A DNA stretch of 54,288 bases, counting the filler, from Catajapyx aquilonaris (lineage: Eukaryota), in assembly GCA_000934665.2 (NCBI GenBank). It is 2 parts of 2 records of this genome, joined end to end, with 100 filler letters (N's around TTAATTAATTAA, not from the genome) between each part and the next. Parts side by side here need not be neighbours in the genome. Positions count along the whole stretch, not along the records: positions 1 to 27,104 come from JYFJ02005111.1; 1 more part is not named here. One strand, 5' to 3'. This document shows positions 1 through 12,230 of this stretch, piece by piece. The position numbers were made by a program, and so were the translations under genes. The first letter of the stretch is position 1, and each line of letters begins with the position of its first letter. Below the pieces are notes generated by a model. That model saw only the letters and a program-made list of their open reading frames with translations. It did no database searches and was not told where the DNA came from.

Positions 1-61
1 CATGTGGCCTCCTCTCGACCCTTCGGCTGGGAAATGAGAACATTTTCCGGACTTGCAACAT

Positions 62-330
62 GAACTTCGACTTAGGGAGACTGAAAATGCATTGATAGCC
101 CATCGTAAGGCCCTGCCAGCACTTCGAGTTATAGAAATTCAAGTTAGGGAAGTTTATTTCCTATTATTTTACATTGTGACCAACCAAGCTCATCATTTTC
201 TTCGACTTAGGGAAGTTCGACTTATGGAAGTTTTACTGTATTTTACATTGTGACCAACAAAGCTCATCATTTTCTTCGACTTATAGAGAATTTTGAGTTA
301 GGGAAGTTCGACTTATGGAAGTTTTACTGT
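62..330. repeat. Imperfect short tandem/dispersed repeat
   Basis: CTTCGACTTA and GGGAAGTTCGACTTATGGAAGTTTTACTGTA units recur. A ~45-nt block at ~167-210 is repeated at ~241-284. Confidence 0.7.
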
Positions 331-884
331 AGTTTAATCCATATCAACAAGTTGACACCAACTGCCTTCCCCAGAATAGTTCTGAATGCACACGGGGTTC
401 ACAATTCACTAAGGACTAAGCCATTGACCAAATGTAGCAATTCCTTGTAACCTTTACCTTTAACAACTCTAAACAAAGAAATTGAAAGCCACAGTCCAGC
501 TACTGATATGATATGCAGACATCCTTCAAGCTGAAGACTGCCTCTCAATTAATCATCTTTCACATAGAACTCCCTGGTTCCCTCTTATCTATACCCACTT
601 TCAATGGTCTATACTAGATGTGCCCTGATCAACAATAGAATGATTTCAGGGATCTGAAATAACGCCAGCTGGGTGCACCTTGGTGAGAACCACATCCTTA
701 ATACTGACATGGCGGATAAAATAATGTCCTACTTGATATTATGATGGCAACTTAGACTGGTACCATATTATTTTCACCTGCCCAACAATTGACATAGCTT
801 GGGAAGACCCCCAACCTCACTGTATCCGATGTTCCAAAAAAATTCCATGACTACATAGCCCTGCAACTCATATGATACGGTAGG

Positions 885-1103
885 TTAATATAAAAGTCTC
901 CGTCCGTGGCGCTGGTTCATCCCCACAGGGATCTTGTGGTTTGGGCGGACACTTGCGGATGCTTGAACCAATCCGAACCATTCTTTCCACGGCAGCTGGG
1001 TCCGGAGGGCATTCCCAGGTCGCCAGTCAGCGACCCGAACCACACGATCCCTGTGGGGCCACGCCAGCGCCAAATTCCAGGCTGAGGGAGACTTTTATAT
1101 TAA
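885..1103. mobile_element. MITE (non-autonomous DNA transposon)
   Basis: Terminal inverted repeats TTAATATAAAAGTCTCC / GGAGACTTTTATATTAA, plus an internal IR CCCCACAGGGATC / GATCCCTGTGGGG. Confidence 0.75.
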
Positions 1104-1384
1104 ACAACCATCACCATAAGGCTAGATAGGGAGATGAGGGGCTGAAAGCAACAATACCTGCATCATGAAAATAAAAAGCTATCTAATAAGGCATTATGCT
1201 CTTACAAATCTTCGGTAATTCAGCAACAGATGTAAAAATGGCCAACGGGACATGAAATGTAAAGAGAGCGACTTCCCTCCCACCCCACAAAGTTGTCAGG
1301 GGTGGAAGATAAAAATAAATAAGTATAAAATAAAAAAATAACATGAAGTGGGATAAGATTAGGGGAAGAAAGTGAGGGACATTT

Positions 1385-1441
1385 TCAGTTCTTCCCTGTT
1401 GAGCCAAAGCCACCATCACCTCGATTAGTGGTGTCCAACTC
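1385..1441 (-). CDS. DUT: dUTPase last exon (motif V)
   Basis: ttgcag|[18 protein letters not shown]. Confidence 0.95.
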   Translation of the reverse strand, partial: ELDTTNRGDGGFGSTGKN

Positions 1442-2798
1442 CTGCAAGGAAAGTTTATCATTAGCCCTCAGACGGTGACGTGCGAAATGTTCGCTCTCCG
1501 GTGACGTGGGCACTTTTTGTGACCAAGCCATATTTTTTGTTAAATCTGGCGAAATATAGCACATTCGGGCTTCACCTTTGAGACAATCATAGTGTGATTC
1601 CTTCTACGACAAATAGCGTTTAGATTACATTTTTTGAGAAAATAGTGCGATCAGAAAAAAATCGGAAAGAAAATCAGTCGGGGCCAATTCCCGGGGGTAG
1701 GGGGATTCCACCCCTTGGCGGCCTGGGATGCCACCGGGAGCCGCCAGACCGGACCATGGTCAGGCCCCAACTACGCATTGCCGCCTAATTTATTTTTTCC
1801 TGGTCGCGCTATTTGCTCAAAAAATTTAAACTAAACCTTATTCATCACAGAAATAGTCAAACGAAAATGTTCTCAAAGATGAATCTCGAATGTCCTAAAT
1901 TTGCCAAGTTATAGCAAAAAAAGGGTCGTTGGTCACAAAAAGTGCCCACGTCACCGTCCGAGGGTTAGGAATGTTGTTTACACAAGAAATATCACTTGAT
2001 TTTCCACTTCTTTTTAAGCACATTTTGTCTAGTGATTGTAATTCCAAAGCTATACTCTATGAAGATAATTTTCCTACTTAACATTGCAATTACAATTATT
2101 GCGAGACAAAATGTGCTTACCAAGATGCTGGAAATCAAATGAAAATTCAATGCCTGAAGCTTCCAGAAAATTTGTTTGCACACTTGGTTGTGTACATCCA
2201 TGAATCTACCAGTTCTAGCGACAAAGCAGCACATTCTAATGATTTGCTAATCTTAAATTTCACAAGGTATATTTGATAACAGGTAGCTCAAGTATAGCTT
2301 AGCACCATTTAAAAAAAGGGCACAAACAACAAATGCTTCCAAGTAATATAATTAAACAGATTAATGTTCATTCCTGAAAATTTATACCACATACAGAGAG
2401 AGCTTCTTGCTGTCTTGATTCCATGATTTTTCAGGTATGGACATTTAATTTGAGCAATTTATATGGGAGGCATAGTGGCACTGCAGTAACTTACACGCCC
2501 ATGGATGTAAGGGTCCCGGGTTCGATCCCAAGCCCGGGCATTCCCCCCGTGCAGAGTTGTGGTCGTCTCTGGCTTCGTCTTGGGTGGGATTCCTGGAGAC
2601 TCACCACCGAGAGGAGTTCACAAAATGGCCATAGCAAAGACATTGCACTGCATATAGCACATCCCACCCTCCCAACCACCCTGCCTGTGGACCTGGGCAT
2701 TCCGTACGAAGGTTCCGATGGACAAAATAATGTAGGCTACTCAAAAACTGTCAATGAAGGTCCGTGCGATATACCCCAAGGGGGGTAGAGCACTACCC

Positions 2799-2855
<57 letters not shown>

Positions 2856-3842
2856 TATTATTATTTATTATTATTAATAATAATCATCACCATCAGAGCA
2901 CTTTATGTGCTAGGAAATATTAGTGGTTTGTATACACCACTTTTTATTACATTATAATCTGGTTCAGAAAAGAAAAACACAAAGGGCGTGTCATTGAAGC
3001 TTTGTTCATCCCAAGCTCCCTTCCATGCATGTGCCTTTTCAATGACCAGAATTAGTTGCCTTCAGATTACCAATAAAACATGTTCTCTCTCTCTCCTGGT
3101 CATAATGCAGGCGGAAGAGGGTTTCCCTTCTCGCAGCCAAACTGAAAATATGTTGCTAGTCTTGCTACCCCACCCGAGCTCCCACTAGACTCCCATATGC
3201 GCCTTCCTCCTCTACACTGATACCACCACCTGATGTGGCAACAGTGCAAGAAATTCCAGCATGTTTCTTGCCAGGTTGATATTTGCCATGGGGACAAGTC
3301 ACATCACTGCATGATGCTGACTGAGCCACACACTTTTTGTTTTTCATTCCTGAAACAGCCTATCATCTATAAATGAGCTACCTGAGATAAAATATACCAG
3401 ATAAAATTCTAGATGACCATTTTAGTTATTGAATAACCATGCCTCACCTCCACTTCCTCAAGTTCTGGGTAGTGTATTCTCTCACAAATAAGCTGTGCAA
3501 TTCTGTCACCTCGCTGAATTTTGAAGTCATTCTGGGAGTGGTTGAAAAGAACAACTCCAATGTTACCACGATAGTCTTCATCAATGACACCAGCTGAAAC
3601 ATTATGAAAATTAATATTACTGTACATGAACATATTTGCCTTCAGCAACATATCCTAGACTACCCCTTACCTCCAACATCAATGTGATTCTTCCAGGCAA
3701 GACCGGAACGTGGTGCAATCCTACCATAGCATCCCTCAGGTAGCTGGAGCTTAAGATCTGTCTTTACGAGGGCCTTCCCTCCTGCAGGTACCTCACAGTT
3801 GTAGGCACTGAAATTTAATATTAGCAGTAAGTGAACAGTTAT

Positions 3843-3878
<36 letters not shown>

Positions 3879-4165
3879 GGGAGGCGTGGTAGTCTAGTGG
3901 TTACGCCACTGACTAGCCAAGCGGGAGGCAGGGGTTCAAATCCCGTCCCCGTCACCTCTGCTTGGCCGGGTCTTTTTCCGCTTTTCACCCTACACGCCGG
4001 GGCAGCATTGCACTCCCTTAGCTGCCCGGGGCCAGAGAAAAGGTCTGGTGATCTGAGAGTCGTGAGTGACTATAAACCGTGATGCCCCCCCTTGGGAACC
4101 TTTCCCCTCCCCCCAAAACGAGCCGCAATGGCTCGAGCATGGGGTAACAATAAAAAATATATAAT

Positions 4166-4217
<52 letters not shown>

Positions 4218-5998
4218 TAATAATAACCCTGTGATGGGCTGGGCCCTCTTAGGGGGCAGGGGATTTTTTATTAACGTCGAACCATGTTCCAACGTTTGAC
4301 GCCCTGGTCCAGGGGCAGGGTGACAGGGAGGGGATGTGCAGTGTGCAGTGCATTGTGGTTTGAGAAGGTCATTTTGTGAGCTCCCCTGGGTGGTTAGTTT
4401 AGCGAAAATCCCGCCCAAGGCGAAGCCGGCGACTACCCCAAACTCCGCACAAGATGAAAGGGGGGAATGCCCGGGCTTGGGATCAAACCAGGGACCCTTC
4501 CATCCGTGGGTGCATACGTTATCGCAGCGCCACTCTGCAACCCCCAATACGTCAACGAAAAGTTTCAAATTAATCTCACTTAAAAACCTGCTGTGTGTGT
4601 AAATATAATAACAATCATAATAATCATCATCATCATAATAATCATAATAATTTATTTATTTTATTTGTTTGTTTATTTATGCTACCCCATTCTAGGGCGG
4701 GCCCTTTTAGGGGGACAGCTCTAGGTACACATCATCATCATCATCATCATCATCATCATTACACAGTGAAATCTCAATATAATGCTCTTCAAGGGACTGC
4801 CCAAAACAAGCGTTGTAAGCAGGAATTCGCTATATGCAGGAAATGCTATTTAATTCACCCTTTTCTCAGGAAATGAATGCCTTAGCTGTTGCTATGCATA
4901 TGGATGCTTATAAACCAGCTTAACCAGAACTAACCTGCCCACATAGACCCCCGAAAATATCCCCTGAAGCACCAAAAATAATAGTGTCTAACCAGGGTCA
5001 GAGTTCACATAAGCCGCCTCTCCACAACGTTGACATTGGGGCCGTGCAGACGGGCCAAGCTTGGCCGCGGCCCTGGCCAACTTCCAGGAAGTTGGCCCAT
5101 GGCCTGGCCGTGGCGTTGCTAGGGGGCCCCTAGGTGTGAACCGTCGCGGCCGCGGCCAGCCGCAGCTAAGCTTGGCCCGTCTGCACGGCCCCATGGTTAA
5201 CACTTGGCGACAAGGCCCACCTTATCACACCATCCCACAATGGCCTTCATACCTCAAAGGTCTATGACTCTATGGGAAAAAATGCCCGGCTACTCATCGG
5301 TTGTTGTCAATTGCTCATTGCTCCCATACTGCCTGCCTGCTTTCGAGTCCCCCCTGCCCTTCCCCTGTGGGTCTCAGGCCACATCCCACCAGGACACAGC
5401 AAGCCTATCTCCTCAGCAGAGAATCCCCACCATTGCCACATCACTCGCCCAACCAAATCTTAGCTGGCAGTGTGAAATTCAAGCCCTGTACGTACACATG
5501 ATACGCCTTCTGACGTTTTTGTTTGTTTGGTTTATTTGTAATACCTTGTGATAGGGCCAGGGGTCCTCTTGGGGGGGATGGGGGGAGGGGAAGGTTCCCA
5601 CGGAGGATGCTCTTACATAGTCATTTCTGACCAGACCTTTTCTCTTGGCCCTAGGCAGAGAAGGGAGTGCAATTCTGCTCGAACATGTCGGGTTAAAAGC
5701 GGAAAAAGACCCGACCAAGCAGAGGTGACGGGGACAGGATTTGAACCCCAGACCTCCAGCTTGGCAGGCCAGTAGCATAGCCACTAGACCACCATTTCCC
5801 CCCAAACGCCTTTTGGCATTATATGTGGGATAATTGTCTTTTAAATTGAGTGGTATATGAGGGAAAGGGGCGTTAAAAGTGGGAAGCACTATAAGAGGGA
5901 AAATTTACCATTGGGCCTCATGAGGATGATCAAGGGATCGGGAAAAAAAGAGCGTTATAAAAAGCGGGAAAGCAGGAGTGTTATATTGAGATTTTACT

Positions 5999-6063
<65 letters not shown>

Positions 6064-6657
6064 TGCACAAGCATTTAAAAAATTATGCTTAACCCTACAG
6101 TATTCTAATGCATATATCTCAAACTTTTTTAGTTGTGTTCAACTTAGGGTGGGTGAAAGATCCCACAGGCCACACCTGGGGATCACCACCATAAATGCAT
6201 AAATGGTCATTTGCACTAAGGACATCTTGGAATGATAAGGTTGCACACCTACACCTGCCCCTTTTTGGCAATGTAGGGGGCGGATGCCTACAGAGCACTA
6301 GAATGACTAGATTAAGTGGATATGATATGATACCACAATCATGATCAAGTGATATGATACAATATCTCTTTAACCTGCTATATTGAAGATGTCCCCCACT
6401 ACATCATCAAAATGGTGTTGGTCTAGGTGTGCAATCCTATGATCCCCAGACTTTAGAGAATTTGAACTTTTGATTAGTTAAAGGCACACTAGTTGACTGC
6501 AAACCACCTTTTGAAAACCATTGAGAGCTCTGATAGCAGTCAAGTCATACCTGCACAAGTCATAGCCTGCAGCCCTTTGGGAGGCCCGCATAGGTGCAAT
6601 CGCATGCTCAGTCATCTTCACAAAGCGAAGAACAGTTCTTGTACACTCTCCAGGCAT
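1385..6657 (-). CDS. DUT: dUTP pyrophosphatase (trimeric dUTPase), 4 coding exons, 148 aa
   Basis: join(6657-6551, 3807-3671, 3593-3448, 1441-1385) = 447 nt with GT-AG introns and compatible phases. All five motifs are present: [42 protein letters not shown]. Confidence 0.96.
1465..1964. mobile_element. piggyBac-like MITE, 500 bp
   Basis: CCCT...AGGG termini, TIR GGTGACGTGGGCACTTTTTGTGACCA, and a 4-bp direct repeat TTAG at 1461-1464 and 1965-1968. Confidence 0.8.
2466..2880 (+). mobile_element. tRNA-derived SINE (family A) with (ATT)n tail
   Basis: A-box-like head, B-box GGTTCGATCCC and (ATT)n tail from ~2801. A homologous inverted copy lies at ~4230-4545. Confidence 0.8.
3448..3593 (-). 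CDS. DUT: dUTPase exon 3 (motifs III-IV)
   Basis: [19 protein letters not shown]...[21 protein letters not shown]; ttcag acceptor and gtgagg donor. Confidence 0.96.
3671..3807 (-). CDS. DUT: dUTPase exon 2 (motif II)
   Basis: [45 protein letters not shown]; ttcag acceptor and gtaagg donor. Confidence 0.96.
3879..4150 (+). mobile_element. tRNA-derived SINE (family B) inside an (AAT)n tract
   Basis: Head GGGAGGCGTGGTAGTCTAGTGG...GGTTCAAATCCC with (AAT)n on both sides. An inverted homolog lies at ~5545-5802. Confidence 0.8.
4230..4545 (-). mobile_element. SINE family A copy
   Basis: Reverse complement aligns by eye over ~250 nt to 2466-2720 (GATCCCAAGCCCGGGCATTCCCC, CACAAAATG, TGCACTGCA). Confidence 0.8.
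5038..5192. mobile_element. GC-rich palindromic MITE (Harbinger-like termini)
   Basis: TIR GGGGCCGTGCAGACGGGCCAAGCTT / AAGCTTGGCCCGTCTGCACGGCCCC; TSD not clean. Confidence 0.75.
5545..5802 (-). mobile_element. SINE family B copy
   Basis: Reverse complement matches the head and body of 3879-4110. Confidence 0.75.
6001..6063. repeat. (AAT)n microsatellite
   Basis: Perfect AAT run. Other simple repeats: (CAT)n ~4730-4760, (ATT)n ~11210-11280, (CTG)n ~17606-17637. Confidence 0.95.
6551..6657 (-). CDS. DUT: dUTPase first coding exon (motif I)
   Basis: [35 protein letters not shown]|gtatg. There is an in-frame TGA upstream, and the acceptor at 6694-6695 implies an upstream non-coding exon. Confidence 0.93.
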
Positions 6658-7206
6658 CTTTGGTTGTCAACCAGCAACCCAAAAACTTGATGGCTGCAAT
6701 GGCAGCAAAAGTGTCAGTAGTCATATAGTAACACAAACAGAACAGGAAATTTACTATGGGTCAAAATTGTGGCACATGACAGATACGAGTACTTCTGACC
6801 TTCTCAATAACAGTGCCCTGAATGTCCAGTGAACATCAAGCAAATGTTCTGAAATGGCCATAGGATTTTTGTCAATTTGTCAATATTCTTGAAATGTCAA
6901 TTGAAAATGTGACACTGAGGCTAGTTTACACTATGCAAGAAGTTACATTCAGTAAATGATAGCCTAATCAGAACATGTATTTATGCAAGGATCGATCAGA
7001 AATAAAAGGTCGCAAGCCCAAATATTCACCACTCTGAATAGATAAAAATCCAAACAACATAGATGTACTAGGTAGAGGGCAGTCACATTAGTGGTTGGCC
7101 ACTTCACTGCTAATCATAGTCACATTATCCCTGCCAAATGCAAATGCATGGCACCATTTGGCAACACGCTGTCTTGAAATTACTGCATTGCTGTACACTT
7201 CAACTA

Positions 7207-8727
7207 AGGTAAGTGTTCCAGTAGTCGACACGTTAAGGAAAAAACTTCGCTTCGGACACTCTATCCAGGGGAATAATTTAAGAAATTCTCAATTATAAAC
7301 ACTGTTTGAATTGTCGAGACTTGCTTTTTCAGCTAGGCCATATTCTTGCCACATTAGACAGGGTCATTTTGAGTTAAAAATTGTTATATGCAAGTGTGCA
7401 AATTGTCCAGTAGTCGACACCCATAATGATGACTGTTCCAATAATCGACACCCCACGCACACTCTTCATGGCCAGGTCGCCATAACTCTGACATAACCAA
7501 CACACCCACCCCATCATCAGGGAAGGGTATGTTTTGATACATGTCAGGTTGGCATAACTTAATTCAGCTATTAAGGTGCGTTTACATGTGAGCGATTTGA
7601 TCGCGCGATGTCATTGCCGAGCGATGAATCCAATTGTTTGGGACGAAAATCAATTGTTACCATGATTGTAACTTTCGCCCCAAACAATTGGATTCGTCGC
7701 TCGGCAATGACATCACGCGATCAAATTGCTCACATGTAAACGCACCTTTAGACTTTATTAGGAATAATATTCCTTTACAATAATGCTGCGTAAGTGATGA
7801 GTCTAAGTTAACTTACTGCATTTTAAATTATTCTGAAACACATGCATACTTAAGACCACATGTAGTGCAAAGCTACACAGAAGCAAAGGAAATTCAAACA
7901 TCCCAGAAGTGAAACAATGACTTAGGTTAAGTCCGAACTAACTTAAACACCTTCCAGTTCTGTTACAGGTACAGTAGCCTACTAATGGAAACGTATGTTA
8001 TTGCACAAAAATTGGTTCCTGGAGATTCCGTTATAGGCAGGTATTTTTGTGATTAGGGCATTAGGCCAATGGATATCACAATTAAAGAAAGCGTGACCCA
8101 AAATTAAAATTAATTAAAATCAGGGGTCATGTCGGGAACCACAAAAATTATTTATGTGAAAGGAACTATAGTAGTTGACACCCTAGTGTTCCAGAGGTCG
8201 ACTATTGGTTTCTGATGTCATAATTACTCATTCTCAATGGTAGCGGTCGAAATGTTATAGAACGATACTTACATTTACATACATGGGTGTAGGTCCCAAA
8301 ATTATTCAGAGTTCCTGCAGTCAACACCCATGTCGACATTTAACGGTTTTTGGTTCCAATAGTTCCAATAGTCGACACCCCAGCTAAAACTTTCTTTACA
8401 TAAGATTGACCCAAAAGGACATGTAATTATGAAAATTTGAAGCATTAATTACTTTTCCATGCAAGGTTTTCAAATGCAAGGTTTTACTTTCTACGTGCCT
8501 CTTACCGAATCTGCTAAGAAAAGCACCATTACAAGGCAAAAATCAGAGGTGATGTTTTCATACACTTCTCATTCACGAAGTAGGCCAGGAATGGTAAATG
8601 TGTGCCTGTCAGGCAGCCCCAAAGGGATGTGAAATGATGCCAGATATTTTATTTCCTCTCAATATTGTTGCGTTCCCTTGTTTTTTAGCTTTCCAATCTC
8701 CGGTGTCGACTACTCTCACACTTACCT
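7207..8727. mobile_element. Degenerate TIR DNA transposon (Tc1/mariner-pogo-like), ~1.5 kb
   Basis: TIRs AGGTAAGTGTTCCAGTAGTCGACAC / GTGTCGACTACTCTCACACTTACCT. The GTTCCARTAGTCGACACCC motif is repeated internally (~7404, 7435, 8170, 8362). No intact transposase. Confidence 0.65.
7574..7747. mobile_element. PIF/Harbinger-type palindromic MITE
   Basis: Near-perfect ~70-bp arms (AGGTGCGTTTACATGTGAGC...), with TTA TSD at 7571-7573 and 7748-7750. Confidence 0.85.
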
Positions 8728-9046
8728 CAGCTGTTTTATGGATATCAGCTGCAGACACATATTTTGCCTAACTGCACGGACTTCAAGCGTGCCGAGTTTT
8801 CTAACCGAACCGACATTTTCATCTGCTACTATGCAACTCCTGCTGCACACTGAATTTCAAATAAGATGACTCTGAACATTAGTCTTTGACCTGATACGTG
8901 GGGCATTCCTTGAATTTTCAACTAAATTGACATCAGACGGACAGGGCAATTGCAACGCACAACAATGACGTTCACTGGACATACCCTGAACATGTGGGTG
9001 TCACCGGGGCTTGTGCCCCAACCAAAAAGTGTAGGACTCTACGTAC

Positions 9047-9430
9047 CTCCTACACTGTAGGTGGAGTATGACTTGAACTTGTAATACTGCGATCACACAG
9101 CAAGCGTGCAGAAGTCTTCTGTGTATGTTGATGAATCTGGCAGGAAGTGTGCGACGTTCCCAGCCTTCCGTATGGTATGGTGTGACCGGTTCTGAGTTCT
9201 GACGAGGCGGACGCAGCCAACCTCTTGACCACCTCCTGCTAATGCTTGAAAATACAAAGCTGCCAACGGTTTTTCAGAGGTAATAAAAAATCTCTTCCCG
9301 CCATTTGTCTCCTATACTGTCGTTACCATCGTTGGCTAGATAAAACTATTATTCGCGAGATTTTTAGTGTTTCATTAGCATGATTTGTTATTGTTTTTTA
9401 AAATTATGTAGACGCTGCCTGCGAAGTCTA
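9047..9430 (-). promoter_or_regulatory. Putative dUTPase promoter and non-coding first exon
   Basis: CpG-rich patch with an E2F-like TTCCCGCC (~9295-9302) overlapping a YY1-like GCCATTT, TTCGCGAGA (~9352), and a minus-strand donor GAG|gtacgt at 9046. Confidence 0.4.
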
Positions 9431-9613
9431 CACTCTAGACGGTCTATACTTCGCTAATAGACCCGCTTGCTGATACTATAGGGAATATAGAGGGCGATAC
9501 AACATCCGGCATGTGATTGGTTCAAGGCATGATTGTAGAAGGTTCATGTCAAGGGTTCATCTGATGGCGGTCGCCATGATGTGGCGGGGAGTTTGCTGGT
9601 GCTTAACTGCTTA

Positions 9614-10182
9614 TCATTCCACATTCACTCCACAACCTTGGATAGATTTCCCAATATCATTTGTGGCTGCAGCTCCAAGAGCTGCCTTCAAACGCTCGAC
9701 CTCTGAACGCAAATGACCATTGTTGGTTTCCAAGGTGGAAACCATCTTTTTGTAGGTGTCCACCTCACTAGAGAGGCTCTCCACCATATTCTCCAAAGAC
9801 GTAATATATTCTTTTTTTTGTCTTCTGCTCTTCTCTGCGGATGCCTGTTATGGTGAGAATAGTAAGATGGATCAATATTTACATGCTTTGTGCCATAAAC
9901 TCATAATGTTTTCTTCATGTCCACTTTAAACATGATAGACTCTCACTCTGTTCTTCAGCTTTCTCAGGAAAAGCTTTTCTGGAACATGCTCCATTGTTAT
10001 TCGTTGCCTCGGTACGTTTGATGATGATGATGGCTCACGCTCAGTGCCGTCAGTGGAGAAGACCAGGATGTGGGTGGACTCGTTGTGGGGTTGGTGGTGG
10101 TGGGCCATATTAATTCCTTCCAGAGAATTTGCCGATGAGGATGCGAGAGGATCGTCCATGTGGGACATGTTGCCACTGCTGA
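9614..10182 (-). CDS. bZIP transcription factor (CREB3/CrebA/ATF6-like basic region), last two exons
   Basis: join(10182-9947, 9844-9614): EKLFLRKLKNR|ASAEKSRRQKKEYITSLENMVESLSSEVDTYKKMVSTLETNNGHLRSEVERLK. Invariant N-x7-R basic motif plus heptad leucines; phase-0 GT-AG intron at 9845-9946. Confidence 0.88.
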
Positions 10183-10735
10183 CTGATGATGGCATGGTGT
10201 CAGAAGGAGAGAAATAGTACGGCCGCTTACTGAACGTGCTATGCACTTCGAGCCAAAAGCGATTTTAATTTTTTTCCGTGATCTAGACACCATGTGGAGT
10301 ATTTTGAGGGTTGGAGCCACCTGCAAAGGTTTCAGGTTAGTTTTTTTTTATACAGCCGCGCAAAGTTTTAAAAAATTGCGTAAGTGAAAATTGCGTGTTG
10401 TCCGCCTATCTGTTGGGTCATTCTGATGTCGTTTCGTAGGTTTTCGGGGTCCAGGAACTCGATTCTGACATTTCCAAAGCCCTCCGAGGTCAAAGGCCAT
10501 TGTCCGGAGTACTGGTACAGTACATAAGTTTTGGTAATAAGTTTTGGATGTTGGGCCTCACGCACTATAGGCATGGTCATCCGAAAACCTCCTAAAAACA
10601 AACAAGTACCGGTACTGTAGGCTACGTAAGTTCCGATAGCAGCTGGATGTCCTCTACTTCTCTCTTCTGCGATGTTACTGGTGGTTTTTGAACGTTAATT
10701 GTTGACTATTTTGTATCTCTGACAGTTAATATTAA

Positions 10736-10857
10736 CCTCCTGAGACCTGATGTTCAATATATTGGACATCAGGAAAAAAAAAGGCGTCAATTTCAGTTGA
10801 TTTTTTTGTTGTTTTTTTTGCTGATGTCCAATATATTGGACATCAGGTCTCAGGAGG
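10736..10857. mobile_element. piggyBac-like MITE nested in the left foldback arm
   Basis: TTAA-CCTCCTGAGACCTGATG...CATCAGGTCTCAGGAGG-TTAA. The empty site is visible in the right arm (~12520-12540). Confidence 0.9.
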
Positions 10858-11209
10858 TTAATGTTTCGTAAACGTGCAGCATTTATAAGAAAAATTTATG
10901 GTAAAAAATGGGGTAATTCCAACACCAAATATAAACTTACAAGTCGTAGTAGTATGTACAGTACAGTGCAATACTGCATAAAACGGAAACTAAAAATTAT
11001 ATCGCTAGGGAGAAGTTCTCCATTTTATAATTTGAGATTTATTTTATGTTAAAAAGCAAATAGCAGAATTTTTTAAATATATTTTTCCAGCAAGTGTTGG
11101 AATTACGTGGCATTTACAACAACATGCAATATCATAGTTTGTCGGTCAATTAGTATTGCATTGATTTCAGATGGGGCATATGCAACACTTGTAAATTTAC
11201 AAATTTGCA

Positions 11210-11274
<65 letters not shown>

Positions 11275-12230
11275 CATTATTAAGTAAGGAATCAAGCTTT
11301 TCATTTCTTTCACTTGTGTCTGTATTTCAGAGGATTTTATGGTAGAACTTTATCAATGTCCAAACAGTTGTAGTGACGACTTTGCTGATTTTTTGACATT
11401 CCAAGCTCAGGTAAGGTTCTATACAATCATATTTCTACATTGCTTAAAATTACAAATTACGAGAAAAATATTTTATGCTAGGCCTACTAGCACATAACAA
11501 GTAGATTTTCATACTCATGTAATATTTTTTCATGAAGTTTCTGTCTTAAAAATATGTTGGAAATCCCCCACAGGGAAAAATTCCATGTGAAATATTGTAC
11601 ACAGCAAGAATTTTTTATACAGCATTATTATGAAAAAATTACACGTGTGAAAATCTGCTTGAGTTCTTTTACTAGCAGCATTAATTTTTTACATATGAGT
11701 ACTTCTCATTTTGTAATTTCAAGCAATGAAGAAATACCATATGATTGCATAGAACCTTACCTGACTTGGAATGTCAAAAAATCAGAAATGTTTGGACAAC
11801 TGTTTGGACATTAGTAAAGTTCTACCCTAAAATCCTCTGAAATGCAGACACAAGTGAAAGAAATGAAAAGCTTGATTATTTACAAAAACTATGAAATGTA
11901 AAATAATTGGGCTTAAACTAGAAGGGGGTAAAACCTATATTTCTCGTTGGTATTGGTCCATATTAGATTTCCCCAATATTACGCTATTTCAGACCCCAAT
12001 AAAAATGAAATATTTTTTTAACTTCACATTGGCCTTCTTATTTTATAGGAGATTTCTGTTGGTATACAGTGAGGGCTGTTTTGACTGATAATGTTCGCCA
12101 GAAAATATGTCCTTTATATGCATTTTAAAAATTCATATTCAAATATGATTGGACGTCACTAAATGTAACCACAAAGTGCTACAAAATAACTACTTCTTTT
12201 AAAGATAAAAATATGATTGCAAAATACACA

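Noticed and set aside
3165..3347. ORF MKNKKC...GAYGSLVG as the dUTPase C-terminus
   Set aside because: Wrong phase relative to exon 3; the true motif-V exon is at 1385-1441.
2754..6078. ORFs with poly-I, poly-L, poly-N and poly-H tracts
   Set aside because: Translations of (ATT)n/(AAT)n/(CAT)n microsatellites and SINE bodies.
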